Shown: piece after piece, positions 52,739 through 59,468 of the stretch
Layout of the letters: every line of letters starts with the position of its first letter
How positions within the stretch are numbered: position 1 is the first letter of the stretch
NCBI GenBank assembly: GCA_966685145.1
Contig: CBKXXB010000002.1
Span: forward strand, 1-59,468
Reading direction: 5' to 3'
Source of the DNA: an uncultured bacterium
GTDB taxonomy: Bacteria; Patescibacteriota; Saccharimonadia; Saccharimonadales; OFTM59
Length of the DNA stretch: 59,468 nucleotides
Program-made: the position numbers and the translations under genes
The notes under the pieces: model-generated
Told to the model about the DNA's origin: nothing
The model's database searches: none
What the model saw: only the letters and a program-made list of their open reading frames with translations

Positions 52739-52984
52739 CTAACCGATGTATGGGCGGCCGCCGATAACTTTCGGTTTGACATCATCCGGGATAGGACGGT
52801 TTTGCAGAATAGGTGCAGCAGGAGCTAAGTAAGGACGAGCATCGGGCGGTGTTACATCTGGTATCGTAGGCCGCAAACCACTATCAAGCGTCCAGTCAAC
52901 CGTTGGTTGCGTGACGTCACGTGGAATTATGCCTGAACCATTAGGAGAGGGCTCCTGAGGTTGCGAATATCGTAATGGATCCAT
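52739..52984 (-). CDS. Pro-rich small hypothetical protein
   Basis: 81 aa with an ATG start and about 25 percent Pro. No domain is recognisable, so coding status is uncertain. Confidence 0.4.
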   Translation of the reverse strand: MDPLRYSQPQEPSPNGSGIIPRDVTQPTVDWTLDSGLRPTIPDVTPPDARPYLAPAAPILQNRPIPDDVKPKVIGGRPYIG

Positions 52985-53316
52985 GTTTTTGTTTTAAATT
53001 TACTCGTCCATTATAGCATAATCCCTTTATTTGTCAATATTGCCGCTATATTTCATAGCTGTTACGCTTACGGGGAAACAAAAACCATTCGTCAAATAAG
53101 GCCTGGTGGGCTTAGCACCTTTGAGACAAAAGTAACGGTTATAGCAATTGTACTGAGGGGTTTCATGTGAAAACCTTTGAGTTTTTTTGCTAAAATTCAC
53201 GTGAAAAATGTATTGAAAACTGGCTGTCGGTGACTGATAGCTGGGTCTAACATTCAAGAGGTGGTATACTAAACGTATGTACATACATCTGTTAATCACT
53301 GGTTCTGCGCGGGCAG

Positions 53317-53340
53317 GTGTGGCAGTACGCCACACTTTCT
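53317..53340 (+). terminator. Terminator/attenuator-like hairpin in the valS leader
   Basis: GTGTGGC-AGTAC-GCCACAC followed by TTTCT, ending 43 nt before the valS ATG. Confidence 0.35.
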
Positions 53341-53382
53341 AACCTCTCTATTGCTAACGAACCAAGGAACAGAAAGAGCTCT

Positions 53383-55959
53383 ATGAAATTACCCAAAGTT
53401 TACGAACCAAAAGAATACGAAAGTGACATTTACGCACTGTGGGAGCAGAGCGGCTCCTTTATGCCCAAGAACAGGGGGGCAAAAGGGAAGTTCAGCATGG
53501 TATTCCCGCTGCCTAATGCCAACGGCAATCTGCATTTAGGACATGCTCTTACCAATGCAATTCACGACATCCTGACCCGTTATCACCGCATGAAAGGCGA
53601 AGCTGCCTTGTATCTGCCAGGGGCAGATCATGCCGGCTTTGAGACATGGGTGGTTTACGAAAAAGAACTTAATAAACAGGGCAAGACACGTTTTGACTAC
53701 AGCAGGGAAGAGCTGTACCAGCAAGTTTGGGACTTCGTGCAGCTCAATAAGACCAACTTCGAGAGTCAGTTTCGAGCACTTGGTGCCAGCTGTGACTGGA
53801 CGCGGTTTACTTTTACTTTGGACGACAAGGTGGTCAAGACCGCTTACGCTACGTTTAAGCGAATGTGGGATGACAAGCTTATTTATAGAGGCGAGCGCCT
53901 GGTTAATTTCTGCACATTCCACGGCACTTCTTTCTCTGATATTGAGGTTATTTACAAGGATGTTCCAGGCCATTTATGGCATATACGCTATCCGCTAACT
54001 GACGGATCCGGCAGCCTGACAGTTGCCACTACCCGACCGGAAACAATGCTAGGAGACGTAGCCGTGGCCGTTCACCCCAAAGATGAGCGATACCAAGCTA
54101 TGATCGGTAAAACTGTTAAGCTGCCCCTGACGCAGCGGGAAATACCGGTAATTGCTGATGAAATGGTAGATATAAAGTTTGGTACAGGTGCCGTTAAGAT
54201 CACCCCTGCTCACGACCCTAATGACTTCGATGTGGCGGGTCGCCATGATTTGCCCATGATCACTGTTATTGATCACGAAGGCAATATGACGCACGACGTT
54301 CCGCCATCTTATCGCGGCATGGCGGTTGATAACACCCGCCAGCTGGTTGTCGAGGATTTAAAAGAACTGGGCTTCTTGGAAAAAGAGGAAGCTTACAATC
54401 ACAGCGTAGGGCACTGCTACAAGTGCGGAACTGTTATTCAGCCTCTACTGCGTGAACAGTGGTTCGTTGACATGAAGCCGCTCGCAACACGAGCTATTAA
54501 GGCGCTTAGGGCAGGGGAAATCGCATTTTTCCCAGAAAGTAAGCGCGACCAGTCGATTACGTATCTAAAGAACATCAAGGACTGGAATATTAGTCGCCAG
54601 ATAGCTTGGGGTATACCCATCCCTGCCTTCCAAAACATAGATGATCCCGACGACTGGCTTTATGACGAACGGGTGACCGAAGAAACCATCCGGGCTGGGA
54701 AGCACACTTACCGCCGCGATCCTGATGTATTTGACACGTGGTTCTCTAGCGGACAATGGCCTTTTGTAACTTTGGACTATCCGGACGGCAGCGATTACAA
54801 GCAGTTTTACCCACTTGATCTCATGGAAACCGGTTTTGACATCCTATACCAATGGGTGTGCAGGATGATTATGCTCGGGCTTTACGTAACAGATGACGTA
54901 CCGTTTAGAAGTGTTTACCTGCATGGGCTCGTTCTAGACCCTAAAGGCCAGAAGATGAGCAAGAGCAAGGGGAATGTCGTTGACCCCATGCCGGTTATTT
55001 CCCAATTCGGTTCGGATGCGCTGCGCATGGGTCTGATTACCGGTCAGACGCCCGGGAATAATCAGCCGTTCGTGGAGTCAAAGGTTATTGCGGCCCGTAA
55101 CTTCTGCAACAAACTCTGGAACATCGCTCGCTATGTTGAGGATAGGGCTGGCGAGAACTTCCGCTCCAAGGAAAGCCCGACGCCCAGAACCAGTGCAGAT
55201 CACTGGATACTTCATAAGCTTAACTATACTACCGAAGAAGTGGCTCGTCTTCTTGAGCTGTATCGGTTCAGTGAAGCATACGAGCTGATTTATCACTTCG
55301 TATGGGATGACTTCGCCGACTGGTATATTGAAGTGTCCAAAGTTAGCCCCAACAAGGATGTCATGATGAGCGTTCTGGACGCCACACTGCGCATCGCCCA
55401 TCCTTTTGCTCCATTTGTAACTGAAACAATTTGGCAAACCCTAAAAGCTCATGAAGAGGGCGATTTGCTTATAATCAGCGCCTGGCCTAAGCCCGTAAAG
55501 GTCTCCGAGGAAGCAGCAAACACCTTTGAAAACATCAAAACAATAGTTAGTGAAATACGCTACATAAAAGGAGAGCTCAGACTCAAAGATTTGAAGCTAT
55601 ACCACAGCGGTGAAGCCTTCCTAAACCAACACGCCGAGCTCATCAAATCACTTGCCCGCCTAGAAGGGGTTGAGGAAGTGCGCGATGGATACGGGCTGCA
55701 CCTGACGCAAACCAAGTATCGCTGCTGGCTAGATGTGGATCAGGAAACCGCACACCACTTCTTGGATCAGCTTAAGGCCAAGGAAGACGACTACACAAAG
55801 GCCATTGAACAGCTGGAAACCAGGTTAGCCAATAAAGATTATGTTAAAAACGCACCGAAAAACATCGTAGATGAGACAAAAGCTCAGTTAGAAGAAACCA
55901 AGAGTCTGCTAGAGAAGGTTTCTGAAGAACGCGGCCGCTTCAGCGCCTCCAGGCACTAA
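53383..55959 (+). CDS. valS: Valine--tRNA ligase
   Basis: PLPNANGNLHLGHAL (HIGH motif), KMSKSKGNVV (KMSKS motif), a CP1 editing domain and a C-terminal coiled coil. The ATG at 53383 has an AAGGAA RBS region upstream. Confidence 0.95.
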   Translation: MKLPKVYEPKEYESDIYALWEQSGSFMPKNRGAKGKFSMVFPLPNANGNLHLGHALTNAIHDILTRYHRMKGEAALYLPGADHAGFETWVVYEKELNKQGKTRFDYSREELYQQVWDFVQLNKTNFESQFRALGASCDWTRFTFTLDDKVVKTAYATFKRMWDDKLIYRGERLVNFCTFHGTSFSDIEVIYKDVPGHLWHIRYPLTDGSGSLTVATTRPETMLGDVAVAVHPKDERYQAMIGKTVKLPLTQREIPVIADEMVDIKFGTGAVKITPAHDPNDFDVAGRHDLPMITVIDHEGNMTHDVPPSYRGMAVDNTRQLVVEDLKELGFLEKEEAYNHSVGHCYKCGTVIQPLLREQWFVDMKPLATRAIKALRAGEIAFFPESKRDQSITYLKNIKDWNISRQIAWGIPIPAFQNIDDPDDWLYDERVTEETIRAGKHTYRRDPDVFDTWFSSGQWPFVTLDYPDGSDYKQFYPLDLMETGFDILYQWVCRMIMLGLYVTDDVPFRSVYLHGLVLDPKGQKMSKSKGNVVDPMPVISQFGSDALRMGLITGQTPGNNQPFVESKVIAARNFCNKLWNIARYVEDRAGENFRSKESPTPRTSADHWILHKLNYTTEEVARLLELYRFSEAYELIYHFVWDDFADWYIEVSKVSPNKDVMMSVLDATLRIAHPFAPFVTETIWQTLKAHEEGDLLIISAWPKPVKVSEEAANTFENIKTIVSEIRYIKGELRLKDLKLYHSGEAFLNQHAELIKSLARLEGVEEVRDGYGLHLTQTKYRCWLDVDQETAHHFLDQLKAKEDDYTKAIEQLETRLANKDYVKNAPKNIVDETKAQLEETKSLLEKVSEERGRFSASRH

Positions 55960-56804
55960 TCGCCAAGCTCTAAAGCTGCACGAACACGATCTGCGCTCTC
56001 ATCCGGACGGAAGTCGTCAAACCATAACACTCGCCAGCCCATGCGTTCGGCCGCCATTATGTTGGTACGCGAATCGTCTACCAGTAGTATTTCACTTGGC
56101 TGTACTCCCGATTTCTCCAGAGCAATTTCATATATGCGCTGTTCGGGCTTTATTGCCCCCACCTCTGATGAGTCAATAATCGCCGCATACTCGATAGGCG
56201 GTAATGTTTCTTGGTTGAGCATGGTCTCGATCAGTCCCGGCATAATGTTACTAAGCAAGCCAACGTAATAATGTTCGTTGGCCCAAGCCACAAGATCGTG
56301 CATTTCCTTTATAGGCTCAATTGCATCCAAGTAGTATACTCTCCAATCAAACGCCGCCATTTCGAATTGTTCGCCGAGAATTCGATTGAACTCGTCCAGC
56401 GATATCTCGCCCCGGCAAACCGCGTCGTTATAGTGCCAGAAGTTTGTCTCTATAACATCGGATTGCTGGCCGCTATCTTCGGCTATACGCGTGAACGCCC
56501 GGTGATAGAACCTAACCAAACAGCCGTTAATGTCGAAGTATACGAACCTTATGCCGCTTTTAGAGCGTTTTTTAGTAGTTTTACCCGTAGCGGAGCTTGT
56601 GTCTCCAAGAAGATCGTTAAGAGAAGTTTTTAGAGCTGCGGCGATGCTCTGAATAGTAAAGATTGACGGTGATTTAATAGCCCCGCGTTCGATTTTAGCC
56701 AACGTCGAATAACTCAACCCCGCCTTGTGGCAAAGTTCTTGTTGCGTTAACCCTGCCTTACGTCGGGCGTCTTGCAATAGCTTACCAAGGCCCACCTCGT
56801 CCAT
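55956..56804 (-). CDS. XRE-family HTH domain fused to a HAD-like hydrolase domain
   Basis: The N-terminus (LLQDARRKAGLTQQELCHKAGLSYSTLAKIERG) is an HTH_3-type domain. The C-terminus has YFDINGCLV, LLSNIMPG and LVDDSRTNI motifs. Confidence 0.75.
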   Translation of the reverse strand: MDEVGLGKLLQDARRKAGLTQQELCHKAGLSYSTLAKIERGAIKSPSIFTIQSIAAALKTSLNDLLGDTSSATGKTTKKRSKSGIRFVYFDINGCLVRFYHRAFTRIAEDSGQQSDVIETNFWHYNDAVCRGEISLDEFNRILGEQFEMAAFDWRVYYLDAIEPIKEMHDLVAWANEHYYVGLLSNIMPGLIETMLNQETLPPIEYAAIIDSSEVGAIKPEQRIYEIALEKSGVQPSEILLVDDSRTNIMAAERMGWRVLWFDDFRPDESADRVRAALELGD

Positions 56805-56813
56805 ATAGGGATT

Positions 56814-56842
56814 ATAATACTAGTTAATGCAGCTAAGTCCAA
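56814..56842 (-). promoter_or_regulatory. Promoter candidate giving a leaderless or near-leaderless XRE-HAD mRNA
   Basis: The minus strand reads TTGGAC, a 17 nt spacer, then TATTAT. Only 9 nt separate the -10 element from the ATG, and there is no RBS. Confidence 0.45.
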
Positions 56843-56865
56843 AAGAAATAGCATTAAATGGCTAG

Positions 56866-57039
56866 TTATAGAAAAATGCCAAGGACCAGCACGACAAATA
56901 CAAACGCGAGTACACCGACAAGACCACCGACTATTAGCGCGTTTTTTGTGTTGCCGCCGCTGCGTCTTTGAACCTTGCTGTACACCCAGGCTGCAACCCC
57001 AAGACCAAATAAAATCCCAATCGTTACGTTCGAAAACAT
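56866..57039 (-). CDS. Unlisted 57 aa two-TM small membrane protein
   Basis: My own translation is MFSNVTIGILFGLGVAAWVYSKVQRRSGGNTKNALIVGGLVGVLAFVFVVLVLGIFL. It falls below the ORF-track length cutoff. Confidence 0.45.
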   Translation of the reverse strand: MFSNVTIGILFGLGVAAWVYSKVQRRSGGNTKNALIVGGLVGVLAFVFVVLVLGIFL

Positions 57040-57056
57040 ACGTTTAGTTTAACATG

Positions 57057-57446
57057 TTAGAAGGCAAGTTTTCGGGCCATTGCGGCCAGTTGTTCGTTGT
57101 CCGGTTTTGGCACTTGATGTTCGATGGTGGCTTCAAAGCCTTCGTTCATAGGGAAAACATGGACATGTGCATGCGGTACCGCGAATCCTTCCAAGGCCAA
57201 GCCGATACGCGCCGGCTTCAGGACCTCTCGCATACGGTTAGCCACCAGCTTAACTACTTTCATTATGTGCAGGTAAAGTTCATCCTGGCTATCCCATAGA
57301 TGATCGACTTGTTCCTTAGGAACGACCAGCGTATGGCCATAGGTAAAAGGGGCGATATCCAAGAAGGCGATGACTTTATCGTCTTCATATACCTTGTGGC
57401 AGGGGATTTCTCCCTTAATAATTTTAGTGAAAATGCTGTCTTCCAT
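57057..57446 (-). CDS. HIT-family (Hint-like) nucleotide hydrolase
   Basis: Histidine triad VPHAHVHVFP and the IFTKIIKGEIP N-terminus. Confidence 0.9.
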   Translation of the reverse strand: MEDSIFTKIIKGEIPCHKVYEDDKVIAFLDIAPFTYGHTLVVPKEQVDHLWDSQDELYLHIMKVVKLVANRMREVLKPARIGLALEGFAVPHAHVHVFPMNEGFEATIEHQVPKPDNEQLAAMARKLAF

Positions 57447-57500
57447 AGCTATATTGTAGCTGAGTCCGGCAATTCCGGTACGGTGGGGTACAATTAGGGC

Positions 57501-58532
57501 ATGCAGATTTTACGCAAGCTCGGACAAATTGCCAGTTCGGTGCTTCTCAAGTTCAGCTTGTTCGGCTTCGCAACTGCTTTTGCGTTAGTCAGCGTATTGG
57601 GCACCCCCGACAACCTCAAGCAAAGCCTGGAACAAAACGGTATTTATGATCAGGCCGTAGAAACCGTGATAAACAGTGTCCAGCCAGAAAATGCAGACCA
57701 AAGCATTCCGCTTGACCGCCCGGAAATTCGAGCGGCAGCCCAATCGGCATTCCCGCCCCAGAGTGTACAGGGTTGGGCCGAAGACTTTATTGACGGTATG
57801 TACGGATGGCTTGAAGGCGAAACGGACCGTCCGGAGTTCACTATTGATCTCAGTGAATCAAGGCAGCGGTTCATACAAGGCATAGCCGACTACGCAGGTA
57901 CGCGACTACAGAGCTTGCCCGCGTGTTCGCGGCAAGAAAGCCTGGCGCTCGCTAGACAAGGGGCCATAGATCCGTTTAGCGTTACCTGCAGACCACCGAT
58001 TGATATTGAAGCCGAGAAGGCCCGGCTGGTAGCCGAGATGGAAAACCGGGAGGAATTCCTCGGTGATACTCAGATTACAGCCGACGACTTTCCGGCAGAA
58101 ACGTTTGAAACCCTGGATGGCCAGAGCAACCCCACACCAACATACTTCCAATGGTTCAAGCGCTTACCGGTTTTGTTAGCTGTAGTAAGTTTGCTGGCTG
58201 CCACGGGCGTGGTGTTTTTATCGGGAGACAGCCGGCGAGGCATCAAGAGGGTAGGGGTCACGCTGATTGGCACCGGACTGTTTTTGGCTATAGGCACGCT
58301 TATATTTACTTGGCTGTTCAGAGATGCGAACGCCTCGGGCGGTGCATTGAGCAAAATTATTAATTCGCAAAATGGTAATTGGCAAGCTTCCTGGATTGAT
58401 GTAATTAACGCCTTGTTTAAGATTTTTAACTCCAAGCTCTTAGTTGTCGCCGCTATTTACGCAGTGTCAGGAAGCCTCGTTCTTCTTATGCTCCGCAGAC
58501 AAGGGCAGCACAAAGAAAGCAACAGATTATAA
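57501..58532 (+). CDS. Hypothetical membrane protein with large extracytoplasmic loop
   Basis: An N-terminal TM helix, a soluble segment of about 190 aa, then three C-terminal TM helices. Confidence 0.55.
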   Translation: MQILRKLGQIASSVLLKFSLFGFATAFALVSVLGTPDNLKQSLEQNGIYDQAVETVINSVQPENADQSIPLDRPEIRAAAQSAFPPQSVQGWAEDFIDGMYGWLEGETDRPEFTIDLSESRQRFIQGIADYAGTRLQSLPACSRQESLALARQGAIDPFSVTCRPPIDIEAEKARLVAEMENREEFLGDTQITADDFPAETFETLDGQSNPTPTYFQWFKRLPVLLAVVSLLAATGVVFLSGDSRRGIKRVGVTLIGTGLFLAIGTLIFTWLFRDANASGGALSKIINSQNGNWQASWIDVINALFKIFNSKLLVVAAIYAVSGSLVLLMLRRQGQHKESNRL

Positions 58533-59369
58533 GCCGAACTTGTTGGCTAAACTGCCGACTTTTTGAGCGGCATACCGCTTGGCCCTATCCATGGGCGTGA
58601 CGGTTCTATTGGCTGCCTGCAGATCTATCATAAGATCCCAGCTAGCCCTTACAAGATTGGTCTCGTCATTGCTAATAGCTAGAGCCGGGCATTGACGGCC
58701 CGGCTTAGGGGGATAAAGCATGTCTCTTGCTTGCTGCCTGGCTTCTTCTACGATGCCGGCTAGTTCTTCGGGCATAGCCAACGCCAGTCGTGGCCCCTCG
58801 GGGCCCTCATCAATAGCGAATTTCGTGGGATCATACAAAGAGAACATGTTAGGGCGTTTTTTAAGATAATCAATTATTGCTCCTGCCACGTGGCCATTTT
58901 TATTTGCGACACGTCGTGCAATACCAAATGAATTCCGGGCAATGCCATCATGCTCTTCTCCTGTAATTTGTTGCCCGGCATACTGGCGCTCAAAAACTTC
59001 CGGTATCACCTCTCGAAGATTTCTCAGTTCGGTCATACTGTCTGTACCATTAACAATAACTCTAAGGCCTGACTGTCTTATCTGGCGCTCGCTGATACCG
59101 TGCGGTAAGGGAGCTGCCAAGGTAGCCTCGGTAGTCTCATGCACCGCATAACGCAATGAGACTTTCGCAACATGAGTAACGCGATCAAACTCACGTCTTC
59201 CGGCGTTTGCTAAGTCTACTGTTGATTCGAGTGCCAGCATTCCGGCATCTTGCACCACAGTGCGAAGAGCTAGTACTTCGTCTAAAGCTCTTTGCATAAC
59301 AAGAGTATCCGCCATGTTACTGGCTTCGACAGCTGATAGTTGCCGGGCGTTCGGATCAATAGTACTCAC
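58527..59369 (-). CDS. Hypothetical protein
   Basis: 280 aa with a GTG start preceded by an AAGGAAAG RBS and a promoter-like element. No motif is recognised. Confidence 0.55.
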   Translation of the reverse strand: MSTIDPNARQLSAVEASNMADTLVMQRALDEVLALRTVVQDAGMLALESTVDLANAGRREFDRVTHVAKVSLRYAVHETTEATLAAPLPHGISERQIRQSGLRVIVNGTDSMTELRNLREVIPEVFERQYAGQQITGEEHDGIARNSFGIARRVANKNGHVAGAIIDYLKKRPNMFSLYDPTKFAIDEGPEGPRLALAMPEELAGIVEEARQQARDMLYPPKPGRQCPALAISNDETNLVRASWDLMIDLQAANRTVTPMDRAKRYAAQKVGSLANKFGL

Positions 59370-59415
59370 GTAACTTTCCTTAAATTCTTACCTATAAGCA
59401 GAATGTGTTTATAAT

Positions 59416-59444
59416 ATAATACAATAAGCTAAGTGTTTGGTCAA
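59416..59444 (-). promoter_or_regulatory. Sigma-70 type promoter candidate for the 58527..59369 ORF
   Basis: The minus strand reads TTGACC, a 17 nt spacer, then TATTAT. Confidence 0.45.
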
Positions 59445-59468
59445 TGCCGTTGGCGGAGGGGAAGGGAT

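Noticed and set aside
53261-53270. T-box riboswitch call based on GGTGGTA.
   Set aside because: I could not identify a Stem I with a K-turn, a specifier loop with a GUN codon, or AG-bulge/distal-loop motifs. The GGTGGTA is also about 50 nt from the terminator hairpin instead of forming its 5-prime strand. It is kept only as a hypothesis inside the valS-leader finding.
53027-53335. 102 aa minus-strand ORF upstream of valS.
   Set aside because: The sequence is rich in Cys/Tyr/Phe/Arg and looks random. It has no RBS and lies in what appears to be a plus-strand leader or regulatory region.
1-59468. Mobile elements, prophage, CRISPR arrays, and rRNA or tRNA genes.
   Set aside because: Reading both strands, I found no transposase, integrase or recombinase-like ORFs, no array of regularly spaced direct repeats, no terminal inverted repeats flanking a gene block, and no tRNA T-arm consensus (GGTTCGAATCC-like) in any intergenic region.

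Overview
The window is a densely packed bacterial chromosomal segment. About 65 protein genes are called, mostly on the minus strand, often with 1-20 nt overlaps between stop and start codons. I found no rRNA, tRNA, CRISPR array, transposase or integrase. TGA acts as a stop codon at conserved C-termini, so the standard code 11 applies. Recognisable housekeeping genes are rnj, pnp, rpsO, rpsT, holA, mutM, polA, dnaG-rpoD, orn, msrB, mscL, gdh, argS, a CIRCE-controlled groES-groEL, murE, tsaD and valS. Several traits fit a reduced Patescibacteria/CPR genome, probably Saccharibacteria-like. These are many nucleotide-salvage genes, orphan CapA paralogs, an LPXTG protein, a minimal DUF721 protein, an archaeal-type PGI/PMI and a CarS homolog. 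This taxonomic call is inference only. The best candidate for an undescribed system is a tightly coupled minus-strand cassette at 46513-50311, between murE and groESL. It encodes a small protein, a 468 aa PRTase-like protein, a coiled-coil protein, a NADAR hydrolase and a truncated kinase-like protein. The second candidate is an archaeal-type lipid head-group cassette at 37909-39716 (CDP-alcohol transferase, PHP phosphatase, CDP-archaeol-synthase homolog). It may relate to a GGPP-synthase/phytoene-synthase pair at 19028-20964. Several housekeeping proteins show unusual active-site or cofactor-site losses: a zinc-less DnaG, a Cys-less FeS-BCP-type photolyase homolog, and degenerate DHH proteins. 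All calls come from reading motifs by eye; no searches were run.
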